A stretch of 64,000 nucleotides of DNA, taken from the NCBI RefSeq assembly GCF_009914755.1, contig NC_060926.1; one strand, given 5' to 3'. Origin of the DNA: the human T2T-CHM13v2.0 reference genome, Homo sapiens. Under the pieces are notes generated by a model. It made no database searches. It worked only from the letters and a program-made list of their open reading frames with translations, and was not told the DNA's origin. Shown piece by piece: positions 50,201 to 64,000 of the stretch. The position numbers and the translations under genes are program-made. Numbering within the stretch: position 1 is the first letter of the stretch; every line of letters begins with the position of its first letter.

Positions 50201-50974
50201 TCACTGTCAGTCACAGAGACCCTTCAGATCTGGGCAAGACCAGTCTCTCTGGAACCGAGGCCCTGAGTGAGGCAGGTTTTTACACCCAGTTGGTTTCCAT
50301 TATTATTCTAATTGAATTGCCAGCTTCTCTTGAAGTTAGCAAGGTTTGTTCCTTCATGCTTCTTAATTTTACACATCGGATAGCAGCTCTGAATGTCAAA
50401 GCTAGAACAATTCAACGTGATTTTTAAATGAACAATAAGCCAGTTAGATTCCTCTGTGGCAAGCATGTCACAGCTTCTTTAACCCCAGGTCCTAAAAGAT
50501 CCTGCTAATGGTTTTCTACATTATTACACTAATGTGCCTGGGGGCTGGTCTACTGGGAAACGGATCTGTAATAAATATGTCAACAGCAGTGAAGGACAAG
50601 AAGCTGGGTCCTCTGCCCCCAGGCCCAGTGGGGCTGTGGCACAACACAGCTCCAGGGCACCCTGTGCCAGCCCTGTTGCATCTTTCTGGGGTGGGTTTTG
50701 ATGGAGAAAGAAGAATTATTGATCTTAATGAGGCTTCCCTGCACATTCGTCAAAACTGTTGTCGCATTTGGTCAGAGGCCTCACATGGGGCCCTGGTTAG
50801 GGCGAACTTTAGAAGGAAAATTAAGCAATTAAGCAAATCCAATTGCCTGGAGGCACAAGGGCTCCACAGACCACACTTCAGCCGGAAAGCAAGAGCACTA
50901 ATGGGGCTGTGAAGCCTGAAGCTGTGACACCATCACTTTGGACTCACCCTGGGTGATGGGTCCAGAGGGAGCAG

Positions 50975-53540
50975 TGTCAGTTTCCTGGTACTGCTGTCAC
51001 AAATCACCTCGAGCTTAGTGGCTTAAAACAACACAAATCTATGATCTTCTGGTTCTCGAGGAGGAAGTCTGAAATGAGTCTTATGGAGCCAAGGGGGTAT
51101 CTGCAGGAATGTGCTCTTCTGGAGGCAAACCCGTTGCCTTGCCCCTTTCAGCTTCTGGAGGTTTTCTATCTGTCTTCCTTGATGTGATCACATTGTGACA
51201 CTCAACCTCTGCTTCTGTCCTATTTCCAGTCTCTCTGATCCTGATCCTCCTGCCTCTGAATTATAAGGACCTTTGTGATGACATTGGGCCCATCCAGATA
51301 ACTGAAGACAATTTCACTGTCTCAGGACTCTTAAGCTGGAAGTCTCAGCCAGAGCAATCAGGCAGGAGAAGGAAATAAGAGTCATCCAAACAGGAAATGA
51401 AGTCAAGCTATATCTCTTCACCAACGATGTGACTCTATACCTAGAAAACCCTCATGACTCCACCAAAAGGCTCCTGGAACTGACAAACAACTTCAGTAAA
51501 GTTCCAGGATACAAAATCAATGTTCGAAAGTTAGTAGCATTTCTATACACCAATAATGTTCAAGCTGAGAGCCAGTTCAAGAAGGCAATCCCATTACAAT
51601 GTCACACACACACGAATACCTAGGAATACATCTGACCAAAAAGGTGAAACATTTCTACGAGGAGAACTAAAAAACACTGCTGAAAGAAATCATAGATAGC
51701 ACAAACAAATGGAAAAACTTTCCATGCTCATGGATTGGAAGAATCAGTATCATTAAAATGGCCATATTACCCAAAGAAATCTGCAGATTCAATGCTATTC
51801 CTATCAAACCACCAACAGCATTTTTCACCGAATTAGAAAAAAAATTCTAAAATTCATACAGAACCAAAAAAGAGCCTGAATAGCCAAAACAATTCTAAGC
51901 AAAAAGAACAAAGCTGGAGGCATCACATTACCCAACTTCAAACTATGCTGTAAGGCTATAATAACCAAAACAGCATTGTACTGGTGCAAAAACAGACACT
52001 TGGACAAATGGAACGGAATAGAGAACGCACAAGTAAAGCCATACTTCTACAACCATCTGATCTTTGACAAAGTTAAAAAAAAAATAAGCAATAGGGAAAG
52101 GACTCTCTATTCAATAAATGGTGCTGGGATTACTGACTAGCCATATGCAGATGAATGAAACTGGACTTCTACCTTTCGCCATACACACAAATTAACACAA
52201 GAATTAAAGATTTAATTATAAGACCCCAAACTATATGCATCCTAGAAGAAAACCTAGGAAACACCATTCTGAACATCATCCTTGGGAAAGAATTTATGAC
52301 TAAGTCCTTAAAAGCAATTACAACACAAATTGACAAATGGGACCTGTTCAAACTAAGGAGCGTCTGCATAGCAAAAGAAACTATCAACAGAGTAAACAGA
52401 ACAGCCTACAGAATAGGAGAAAATACTCTCAAACTATACATTTTACAAAGGTCTAATATCCCGAATCTAGTAGGAACTTAAATAATTGGACAAGCCAAAA
52501 ACAACCCCATTAAAAATTGAGCAAAAGATACGAGCAGACACTTCTCAAAAGAGGACATACTAGCAACCAACAGACATATGAAAAAATGCTCAACATCACT
52601 AATCAACAGAGAAATGCAAATCAAAACCACAGTGAGATACCATCTCACACCTGTCAGAATGGTTATTATTAAAAAGTCAAAAACTAACAGATGCAGGTGA
52701 AGCTGTAGAGAAAAGGGAATGCTTATACACTGTAGGTGAGAATGTGAATTAGTTCAGCCACTGTGGAAAGCAATTTGGAGATTTCTCAAAGAACTTGAAA
52801 CATAACCATCATTTGACCCAGCAATCCTATTACTGGGTATATACCTGAAGGAAAATAAACTATTCTACCAAAAAGATGCATGCACACATATGTTCATTGC
52901 AGCACTATTCACAATAGCAAAGACATGAAGTCAACCTAGATGTCCATCACAGTGGACTGGATAAAGAAAATGTGGTACCTATACACTGTGGAATACTATA
53001 CAGCCATAAAAAAGAATGAGATCATGTCCTTGACAGCAACATGCATGTAGCTGTCAGCCATCATCCTAAGTGAATAATTGGAAGACAGGAGGGTCTGTAT
53101 CAGTGAAATTGGAACACAAGACCAAATACCACATATTCTCACTTATAAGTGGGAGTTAAACATTGGGGCTCATGGACATAAAGATGGCAACAATAGACAC
53201 TAGGGGCTACTGGCGGAGGGAGGGAGAGAGGAAGGAGAACAGCGGTTGAAAAACTAACTTTTGGGTACTAAGCTCAGTACCTGGGTGATGGGATCTTTAG
53301 TACCCCAAACCTCAGCATCAAGCAACATACCCATATAACAAACCTGCACGTGTATCCCCTGAATCTAAAATAAAAGTTCAAATGATTTTTTTCATGAAAA
53401 AAGTAAAAAAATAAATAAATAAATAACAAAAAAACTCTTAATCACATCTGGAAAGTCCCTTTTGTTATGGAGGGTCACATATTTACAGGCTCTGGGGATT
53501 AGAATGTGGGCATCTTGGGGGCCATTATTCTGCCTCCATA
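50975..53540 (-). mobile_element. MLT1D-like LTR split by an L1 insertion (parts at about 50975-51334 and 53434-53540)
   Basis: CTTAGTGGCTTAAAACAACAC...GACTCTTAA, then the L1, then ACTCTTAATCACATCTGGAAAGTCCCTTTTG...GGGGCCATTATTCTGCCT. Confidence 0.82.
51335..53433 (+). mobile_element. 5'-truncated primate L1 (L1PA16/17 or L1PB-like): decayed RT/C-terminal ORF2 plus 3'UTR
   Basis: ORF2p remnants ([31 protein letters not shown]; [24 protein letters not shown]), A-rich tail, and TSD ACTCTTAA at 51327-51334 and 53434-53441. Confidence 0.93.
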
Positions 53541-55787
53541 GGAACATCGTCCTAAATCAGAAGACAGAAGTGCTCCTTGTGGGAGAGGAATTGCAGGAAG
53601 TGAAGCTCTGTGTTAGTCACAGGGCTCTCCCTGGGCTCTCTTGGGGAGAGGGGACAGGGACATGAAAAGCACAGCCTGTAAAACTCAAGGCAGTGTCTGC
53701 GAGAATGAGCATGAGAACGATCTCTAACGCCTACATCAGACTTCACTCTTGTGCACTCTTTGTCTTAGTCATTAGGGCCAGCTCACTGGATGTGTGCCGT
53801 TTTTCATCCCAATTTATAAAAAAACAAATGAGGTCATGAAACGTTGAGTTACTCACCCAAGATCACAACTCTACATATCTGTCAAGGTGGTGAGGTCTGC
53901 AGACAAATCAAGGACAGAATGCCCATCTTTCCCTTTTAAGGTGAATTCAAATATTTTAGAATCTCAGAGAAGCCCCTTCCAAAGAAAGGTGGCATTTTTC
54001 ATGATCACTTTCCCACATGAAAGACCTCACTGAAGGAGCCAGAGGGTTGAAACCCTCAGATGCCGAAGGAGCCCTTCTTCCTGCGATGCAAAGATCTTTA
54101 AGCCACGATTCATGATGCCAACAATCTGTTGCTGACTCTTCTAAGTGTAAATCAACTTGACAATGCACATTCTCTGCCTCATGTGCTCTTCAGACCCAGC
54201 CTCTTCACAGGACGCTGCTTCGTGATGTAAGCTCTGGACAATGTGAGCTGTGGAGTGTGATTAATGAGCCACGTGTCAGCAGGAGGATCAGAGATTGTGT
54301 GTGTGTGTGCCTTCGTGTGTTGGTGTGTCCTCCCTGAAGTTCAGGGCTCTGGGAGTCCCTTCCCTACCGAGAAAAAGGAGGGGGAAGCACAAACTCCATT
54401 GTAAAAAGGATAAAACGTCAAAGGAGAAGTTACTTAGCATGAAATATTTTCACAACCCAAAACGATAAGGAATGTTAGGATGAAGAGAAAAAGGAGTCAA
54501 GGACAAGCATGAGCTTCAGGGTGGTGGGCAGTGGTCCCTCCTCCCTCCTCACTTGGGAGGACGTGAACATGCCCTTGGCTCCTGGGTCTGTGCAGAGCTG
54601 CCCTTCATCATCAATACCCTTGTCCCCAAACAAGTAGGAACTTCCAGGTAAATCTACAAGTGTGTGGGCCAGCTGTCCTATTTGATGCAGACTCCCGATC
54701 TAAATGCTCTGCCTCTCTGGGCTTGGGTTCCATTGTTCACACCGCTAAGCCTGCCCACACCCAGGTCCAGAAGCATCCTGGCCACATACCCAGTGCCAGG
54801 GAAGGGCCCTGGAGACTGGAGGAGCTGAGCAGGAGGCTCCCCAGGGCTGCTTCCAAGGGCAGAGTCATGCTAAGCAAAGTGAGGGTCAGTGCTCAGGGAC
54901 CCGAGCTATCATTGCTCCAGGGGTGAGTCTGGGGCAGAAGAACACAGAAATAGTTCAGGAGGCAAAGCACTGTGCATCAAGGAGCTCTGACAATGCTGGG
55001 CAGCTGAGCCCCTAGGGGTAGGGTACCTGTTTATTTTCTAAAAAATGATACTTGAGAGTGAAAGGGGGGTGTGATTCATACCACCTATGAGGGGCTATCC
55101 CCATATGGGTGCTGCGGATGGAAGGGAGGGACCCAGGACCCCACTCGGGACTTCTGCCAAATCCCTGCGTGTCACCTACTGCACAGGCCGGGACACCGCT
55201 CTGTCCACATGGGTACTGGAGGATGGATGGCGCACTGATAGGATGCACTTTATGGTATCAGATCTTAAGTGGGGAAGAGCTCACACTTGGAAAACCCCAG
55301 AAGTCCCACCTTTGTGAATTTACAAATTAGTTCCCTTCAAGACTTAGAAGACTAGAAAAATTATTCTGAGAAAAAGACTCATTGGCTGCAAGTGGGAGTG
55401 ATAACTGCAAATGTCATGAGTGATCTACAAGACAACCTAATTGCTTCTACTGACCAGAGTCCTGACCTGGTGAGGCAACCATGCCACAGGCTTTCCAAGT
55501 GAGGGAGTTCTATTTCTGCTTGGGCTGTAGAACGCTGCCAGAGAACACTGTTCCTACTCTAACCACCAGAAGACGCCACATAGTCTGTAAGATCATAAGT
55601 TTTCTTGAGAGCTGAGGGTACAAGGCAAACAGGTGAGCTGAACCACAAAGAGTGACAAGCCCACTGAGGAGAGTTGGGACATATGGATTATTTTATGTTT
55701 GGCAAAGTGTAAGAAAAGTTAACACAAAAACAAGCAAAAAAGAAATAGTTGAAATCTAATCGTTTATTAAATGCTGAGTATGGATAT

Positions 55788-56222
55788 ATTGGGTTGAATG
55801 GTGGCCACCCAAAAAGGCATGTCCATGTCCTAACCCATAGAAGTTGTCATTTTATTTGGTAAAAGGGTCTTTGCAGATGTAATTAGGGATCTTGAAATGA
55901 GAACATCATCCTGGAGTACTCAAGTGGGTCCTAAATCTTCTGTCAAGTGCTCTTATAAGACATAAAGAGGAGAAGAAAGTCACAGAGGAAAAGGTGACAT
56001 GAAGACAGGCAGGGATTGGAGTCATGTGGCCACAAGCCAAGGAAGCTGGCAAACCTAGAAGAGGCAAGGAATGAATTCCACACTAGAGCCTCTGTAGTAA
56101 TAGGGCACTGCTGACACTTTGTTTCTAGACTTCTGCCTTCCAAAACTGTATGAGAATTAAGTTCTGTTGTTTTAAGCCACTAAGTCTGTGGTAATTTACA
56201 GCCCCCTTAACAAACCAATACA
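55788..56222 (+). mobile_element. MLT1 (B/C-like) solo LTR
   Basis: GGGTTGAATGGTGGCC...GGGTCTTTGCAGATGTAATTA...TTCTGTTGTTTTAAGCCACTAAGT...AAACCAATACA. Confidence 0.85.
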
Positions 56223-56247
56223 ATGGGCTGGCGTGACAGTGTGGAAT

Positions 56248-56706
56248 TGATGTAGGAGGCAGGACTCTGTATCAGATGAGATTGAAGGCTGGCTGAAAGG
56301 GGTAAGAGGCACCAAAAGCACCTGTCCATAAGACATGCCCACCAGCACCATGACAGTCTACCATGGCCATGGCAATGCCTGGAGGATACTGCCCCTTTCC
56401 ATGGCAAGGACCTGGAAGTTACCACACTTTTCTAGAAATGTCTGAATAATCTTCCCCTTAATTTGTATGTAATTAAAAGTGGCTATAAATGTGACTACAG
56501 AACGGCCCTAAGATGCTACTCTGGGCACACTCCCTATGGGGTAGCCCCACTCCACGAGGAGCAGGACCTCTGCTGCTGCTCTATTTTGTGGCTTCAATAA
56601 AAGTTGCTGTCCAACACCACCAGCTTGCTCTTGAATTCTTTCCTAGGTGAAGCCAAGAACCCTCCCAGGCTAAGCCCCAATCTTGGTGCTTGCTTGCCCT
56701 GCATCA
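56248..56706 (+). mobile_element. ERV1 solo LTR, MER41 family (D/E-like), with 4-bp TSD
   Basis: TG...CA termini and TSD GAAT (56244-56247, 56707-56710). TATAAA near 56485 and AATAAA near 56596. 3' end GAATTCTTTCCTAGGTGAAGCCAAGAACC...GCCCTGCATCA. Confidence 0.8.
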
Positions 56707-57824
56707 GAATCCCTGGTAATTCTAGACACAAGAGAGCCCGCACTCACTCACTGACTTTTTTCTATGGACCTTTACCAAGTACTTTTGTGAAAGATCACAA
56801 AGAGGGAAGGAGACCTGAGAGAGTCTGTATCACTAGACATGAAAGCCTGCCTACATCATGGACCCATGTCCAACATGTAGCAAAAGCCATGCTGGGAAGG
56901 GACAGCTCCCAGAAATCAGGCAAAGATGCTCTGTCTTTCACGAAGGGGAGGAAGCAAAAGCCATCTTCTTTACAGGAGGGGCTGGAACCTGACTCAGGCA
57001 CAGTAAACTGCCCTGATACAAAGCGGAAGTCTGCTACTTGTTGCTGAAGGAGGATTAGGAAACTCTCTTCTACCCAAGACCCTCCCAGACACTAACAAAC
57101 AAGAATTTGGTTGTCATGGGGGAAAGTTAGGGATGCTGCCACAACCCCACCTTTGAGGCCCAGATGCACACCTATGACTGAGGCTGGAGCAAGAGAATTG
57201 AGAAATCTCTCCTGACCCTATCCTAAGGCTTGCACCAAGTAACAAGCATAGCAGGCTGTGACTGGAAGAGACTGTAAGTGGAGAAAGCCCTTCTCTGTGG
57301 TGCAGATGTACAGGGCACATTGAGAGCTGAAGGTATAGCAGAAATATAGAGGGAAACCCTATAGCATTCCAGACCCAAGTAATCACAGGGAAGCAGCAGA
57401 CCTCCAAAGAAGAAATTTGAAGTCTACCCACTAAAGGTAACTCTAAGAACAGAAATTATACACCCAACTCAACTACTGAACAGATTGCCTCAACTCCTGT
57501 ACAAAACACCTATCATCAGAAGACACATGCTCATTTCTAGGCATAAGTACTATTTAGATTAGTCTCTACTTTTATTTTATGTAGAATTTTCCACATTCAA
57601 TAAAAAATTATGTAATACACAAAAAGGTATAAAAGATGACCCATTGTTAAGAGACAAAGCTATCAGCAAAATCAGACCCTGAGATGATCAAGATGTTGGA
57701 AATATCAGACAGGGATTGAAAATTACTGTAATTAATATAATAGAAGATCCAGGATAAGATAGAAAACACGTATGAACACATGAGAAATTTCAGCAAAGAA
57801 GTAAATACTATAAAATAATCAAAT

Positions 57825-58134
<310 letters not shown>

Positions 58135-59328
58135 GGTGGAGTCAAATGAAAATGATAGAGATTAAAAATTATTAAAAATGTATACCATAGCAGTGAAGAA
58201 TTCCTTTGAGAAGCTTATCAGAAATGTGTAGAGACATTAGAGGAAAAAATGTTATTGAAGTTAACCAGTAGAAATCATCCAAGCTGAAACAAAGAAGAAA
58301 AAAGAGCAGAAAAAGAATAACAAAACAGAGCACTCAAGAGCTGTGAGGCAACATCAAACAGTCTACATATATGTCATTGTAGTCCCAAGAAGAGAAGAGA
58401 AAGAGAGCAAGATAGTGGGGCAGGAATAAGATTTGTGTGACAGTAGTTAATAATTTACTAAAATTAAGGAAAAATAGCCCAAGAAATCCCTGAAGATCAA
58501 AGAAGTTCAGATATATCACACCAAGATATATTTTAGGACAAATAGAAACAAAAGATAAAGATAAGATCTCTTTAAAAAAAACTGAAGAAAAATACACATC
58601 ACACGCAGAAGATCAAAGATAAAAGCTAGGGAAGATTTCTTATTAGAAATGTTGTAAGCCAACAGACGATGGAGTGGCATCTTTGAAGTACTGAAAGAAA
58701 ATGTTGCTGTGTACCCAGAATTCCATATAATGTGAAAATATTTTTCAGAAGTGAAAGCAAAACAGACTTTTTAAGATTAACAAATAAGGTGTGTGTTTCC
58801 TGCACACCTGCACAACAAAAAATATTAAGGAAAGTTCTTCAGGCAGAAAATGTATGATATCAATGATACCAAATGCCTATCTGGGTCTGTACAAACAAAT
58901 GAGGAATGCTGGAACTCATAAAAATGAGTAATCATAAAAGATATTGTTTACTTACATTTTAATCTTTTTCAGAGATGATTGTCTAAACTAAAAGTGCAAC
59001 AATGGTAAAATTCATAACATATGAAGAATCAAAATGCATGACAACAAAAGCACAAAGAATGAGCAGGAAATGGAAGTACACTATTGTGAGGTTCACATAC
59101 TACATGTGAAAAGGTATAACAGTATTTGAAGATAGGTTGTGATAACTTAAAGATGCATATTGTAAACTCTAAGGCAACAACAGAGGGAGAAGGAAAGAGA
59201 GAACACTGTAGAAATAAACCAATTATAAGGTAAAATTGAATACACAACAATATTTAATTAATCCAAAGGAAGACAAGAAAATTGGAAAAAAGGAACAGAG
59301 CGCAGAATGAATAAATGATAAACAAGTG

Positions 59329-59632
59329 GGCCGAGCGCGGTGGCTCACGCTTGTAATCCCAACACTTTGGGAGGCCGAGGCAGGTGGATCACCTGAGGTG
59401 GAGAGTTTAAGATCAGCCTGACCAACATGGAGAAACCCCATCTCTACTAAAAATACAAAATTAGCCAGGCATGGTGGCGCATGCCTGTAGTCCCAGCTAC
59501 TCGGGGGGCTGAGGCAGGAGAATCACTTGAACCTGGGGAGATGGAGGTTGCAGGTGAGCCGAGATCATGCCATTGCACTCCAGCCTGGGCAACGAGAGCG
59601 AAACTCAGTCTCAAAAAAAAAAAAAAAAAAAA
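59329..59632 (+). mobile_element. AluSp
   Basis: Sp diagnostics CCTGACCAACATGGAGAAACC and CATTGCACTCCAGCCTGGGCAACGAGAGCGAAACTC. AAACAAGT occurs on both flanks. Confidence 0.9.
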
Positions 59633-62609
59633 GAGGCAAACAAGTTATAGATTTAAATTCAACCCTATAAGCAATTACATGCAGAGGCTCCAATTAAAAG
59701 GCAGAGATTGTAAAACTGGAAAGAAAACAAGACTCACTGTATGAGTAAAAAAAAACACAAAATACTTTAAGTGTAAAGACTTAAAAAGGTGAAAAGAGAA
59801 AAGATAGAAAAATAAATACCATGTAGAGACCAATTAAAAGAAAGCTGAAGTGGCTATAATAATATCAGAAAAACTAAAATTCAGCATAAGAAATATTACA
59901 AAGACAAAGAAAGACCTTATAAACCACTTGGTCAATTCATCAAGAAGATATCGCAATCCTAATTGTGTTTGTCCCTACTCCTGAGCTTCCAAATGCGTAA
60001 AGCAAAAGCTGAGAGAACTAAAATGATAAATGGACACATCCATAATGATAGTTGGAGAGTCCCATACTCTTCTCTCGGTAATTGACAGAAAAAGTATACA
60101 AAATAATCAGGAGGGCAGTAGAAGATTAGAAAACCAGTACCAACCAACTTGACTTAACTGACATTTCTCAGAACACTCCACCATCTTCAGAATACACATC
60201 CTTTTCAGGTGTACACAGAATATTCACTAAGATAGAACATGTTCTGAGCCATGAAACAAATCACAACATTAAAAGGACTGAAATCACACAAAGTGTATTT
60301 TCTGACCACAATTTAATCAATTCAGGAATGAACAACAGAATGATATCTGGAAACGCCACCAATAGTTGGCCGGTAAGTAGCAAATAATTCTTAGGTGGAA
60401 GAAGAAATACAAAATAAATTATAAAATGATTTGAATTATGAAATAAAAGTAAAACATATCAAAATTTGTAGGATGCAGGTAAAGTCGTGCTTAGATGGAA
60501 ATTCATATCATTAACTGCTTATATTACAAAAGGTAAAAGGTCTGAAACCACTAAGCTTCCACTCTAATAAACCACAAAAGGAGGAGAAAATTAAACCTAC
60601 AGTAGACAGAAGGAAGCAAATGATAAAGAGCAGAAGTAAAAAAAAATAGAATCATAAAAACAATAAAATATCAATAACCCCTTATCCAGAATGAATAAGA
60701 AAAAAGTGAGAAAATACAAAGTACCAATGTTAGAAATAAAGCAGATACTAAAAAAATTAAAGGGATAATAAGAAAATGTTATGAACAACCTTATGACAAT
60801 AAATTGGATAACTTAGATGAAACAGAACAATTCCTTTAAAAACACAAACTACCAAAATTCACTCATGAAGAAATAAACCACTTGAATAAATCTACATCTT
60901 TTAGAGAAATTGAATTTATAGCGATTTGAATGTATTTGGATTCTACAAGGAAAAGCACAGGCCCAGATGGCTTCACAGATACATATTGCCAAACATTTAA
61001 AGAAGAAATAATACCAATCACATGCAAGTTTTTCCAGAAAGTAGAAGTGGAAGAAACACTTCCCAAATCAATTTATGAGGCCAGGATTACCCCGATACCC
61101 AAATCAAGAAAAGGCATTACAAGAAAAAAAAAATGAACCGACCAAAAAACTAAATTAGACACAAAACCCTTAACAAAATATTAGCAAATGAAATCCAGTA
61201 ATATATGAAAGTGATAATATGTCATGTTCAAGTAGGGTCTATCCTATGGATGCAAGGTTGGTTCAACATTTGAAAATCAGTGAACATAACTTGCCATATC
61301 AACAGGCTAAAAGTGAAAAAAAATGATATGATCAACTTAATTGATGCAGAAAGAATATTTGGCAAAATGCAAAACCAATTCATTATTTAAAAAAAACTCT
61401 CAGAAAACTAAAAATAGGGGGGAACTTCTTCAACCTGATAAGGAGCATGTATGAAAAGCCTACATCTCACATCATACTTCTTGGCAAAGACTGAATGCTT
61501 TCCTGCTGTGATTGGGGAAAAGGTGAGGATTTCTGTTCTCACTGCATTTTTCAATATTGTACTGGAGGCCTATCCACTGAAATAAGTCAAGAAAAAGTAA
61601 CGGAAGGCACATAGATAAGGAAGAATAAAAACTCTTTATTCATAGGCAACATGATTATCTATGTAGAAAATCCCAAGAATTTACACAGAAGCTCGTAGAA
61701 CAGTAAATGAGTTTAGCATGGTCACAGGGTACAAAGTCAGTATACAAAGACCAGTTTAATGTCTGTATACTGTCAATGAACAGCTGAAAAAGAAAACATT
61801 AAAAGTGCTGTTTAGCGTTGCACCAAACCAAAATACAAACAAACAAATAAAAATAATTGCCTAGGTATAAATCTAATAATACATGTTCAGGATCTGTTAC
61901 AGTTTTGAAGACTCAATATTATTAAGATCTCAGTTCTCCCCAAGATGATCTGTAGATTTAAGGCAATACCAACCAAGATGCCAGCAGGTATTTTTGGTAG
62001 AAATTCAGATTCTAACATTTATATGGAAATGCAAACAACTTAGAATGGACAAAATAATTTTTAAAAAGAAGTACAAAGTTGGAGGATTCCCACTACTTTA
62101 AGACTTGCTATAAAACTACAGAAATCTAGACAGTGTTTTATTAATGTAAGAACAGATATATAGTAATGGAAAAGTACAGATAGCTCAGAAATAGTCTCAC
62201 ATGTATATGGTCAATGGATTTTTGAAAAATTTGCAGGAAAATTCAATTGGGAAAGAATATTAATTTCAATAAGTGGTGCTAGAATAATTGAACATTAATA
62301 TGTAATAGAAATCAACCTCAACTATTAATCTTACACTGTAAACAAAAATTAGCCAGAAATAAATCACATAAATAAAAGAGCTAAAGCAATGAACGTTCTA
62401 AAAGAAAATACAGAAAAGGTCTTTTTGATATCTGAGTTAGGCAAAGATTTCTTAGATATGATACAAAAATACAAACCATGAAAGAAAAGGTGATAAATTG
62501 GACTCTATCAACATTGAAAACTTCAACTGTTTGAAAGACTGTTAAGAAAATGAAATTAAGATGAAAACTGCGAGAGAAAATACTTTCAAATATACATTAA
62601 ATAAAGAAA

Positions 62610-62776
62610 TTTAGAATTTATATTAAATTTTTACTTATAATTTATAAAAATTTAGAATTGTATTTAGAATTTACGTAAAATTCTTATTTAGAATTTTAGA
62701 ATTGTATTTAGAATTTATATAAAATTCTTACCCATTTAATTGTATTTAGAATTTATATAAAATTCTTACCCATTTA
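62610..62776. repeat. AT-rich nascent tandem repeat, including a perfect 38-bp duplication
   Basis: ATTGTATTTAGAATTTATATAAAATTCTTACCCATTTA at 62701-62738 and 62739-62776, with related partial copies upstream. Confidence 0.9.
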
Positions 62777-62884
62777 ATAAGAAGATAAGTGACCAAATTA
62801 AAAATGGGCAAAATATTTGAACAGACGTTTCACCAAAGATGACAGACAAATGGCCACTAAGTATATTAAAAGATGGTCAACAAA

Positions 62885-63857
62885 TCTTGAGATTCTTGTA
62901 ATGCCGAAGAAAAAGACGTGCTCAAAAATGATAGGACATTTGGGAGAGACACAGGTACCAACGTGAAAGTGATCCCAATGGTCAAAGCTGAGGCAATTAG
63001 AGCAACAGCATAAATGGTAGTATTGGATTATACTCCACAGTGTAAAATAAATATCGATTAGTCAATAGTGATATAAATAGCAAATAAATAAATAAATGGG
63101 GAAGGGAACTGCTCTTCCTTACAATAGAATTCTAATTAGTAAATGGAGAAGAAATAATGCAAATAGAAAATCACTATTTGGCAAGCACCACAATAAAAGC
63201 TGTTGTGGGCAAGAATCACAAATAGATGTTAAAATTATTGAGTAAAAATAGGATGAAAAACAGGATAGTCTCCTGGTCTCAAAGTCCCTTCCCACAAGAT
63301 TCTTACTAATTTGGAATTAGTAATTTCCACACTAAAGGAAAAGGGGTCACTTTATAATAGAGAAAACTAGCATTCACCTAACCCAGTTATCAAAGTTGCA
63401 TCAGCAGTAATAATACATTCCACATACACTATATCGCTTCTGTGGTATTCTTACCCAAAATGCATAACCTCAATATGTTCATGAAAGAACATCAGATGAA
63501 CTCAATTTGAGGGTCATTCTTTAAAATCACTGGCCAGGACTTGTCAAAAGTGCAGAAGTTATGAAAGACAAAGAAAGACTGAGGATCTGTTACAGATTAG
63601 AGGAAATTTGACAGTTAAATTCAATGTGGCATCCAGGATTAAATCCTGGACCAGAAAAAAAAAGTGTAAAAACAGGAAAATTTGATGAAGTCTATAGATT
63701 AGTTCATAGTATTATATCCATGTTAGTTTCCTGGTTTCCACCACTGTACTATGGCTTTGTGAGATTATGGGAGACTGAATGAAGGGCGTATGAGAACTCT
63801 CTGAACTATTTTTGCAACTATTATGTGAATCTAAAATTATTTCAGAATCAAAATGAC
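62885..63857 (+). mobile_element. Nested L1MC/MD-like 3'UTR fragment inside the host L1
   Basis: The host breaks at AAAGATGGTCAACA (about 62882) and resumes at CAACATCATTAGTCATTAG (about 63877). The insert ends GAACTCTCTGAACTATTTTTGCAAC..GTGAATCTAAAATTATTTCA. Confidence 0.7.
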
Positions 63858-64000
63858 ATTTGGTAGAAAAAAAGCCAACATCATTAGTCATTAGAGAAAT
63901 ACAAATTAAAATCACCAAGAGATAACTGTGCACCTACTAGAATGGCTAGAATTAGTAAGACTGATGCTAGCAAGTACTAACGAAGATGCAGAGAAACTGA

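Overview
Human-like (primate) non-coding genomic DNA, mostly interspersed repeats. An AluYa5 carrying all five diagnostic substitutions points to human. I recognise no protein-coding gene and cannot name the locus; most listed ORFs are repeat-derived or chance. The window holds about 11 Alus (J, S, Y, Ya5), several decayed L1s (including an ~8.6 kb L1M with nested insertions at the right end), MaLR/ERV1 solo LTRs (THE1C, MST, MLT1, MER41-like), DNA transposon relics (MER85 piggyBac MITE, MER2, Tigger3), a 3'-truncated U4 snRNA retrocopy, and four minisatellites (50, 40, 68 and 64 bp units) in the first 28.3 kb, which suggests a distal chromosome band. Repeat-poor stretches (about 16.3-24.9 kb and 36-38.9 kb) contain candidate exons, a good CTCF motif, G4 motifs and homeodomain-motif clusters. 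I find no convincing new biological system. The best leads are a frame-preserving coiled-coil-like candidate exon at 16735-16848, a MER85 retaining the CSB-PGBD3 palindrome, and a VNTR-encoded 424-codon ORF. Repeat subfamily calls and most boundaries come from recalled consensus sequences and are approximate.
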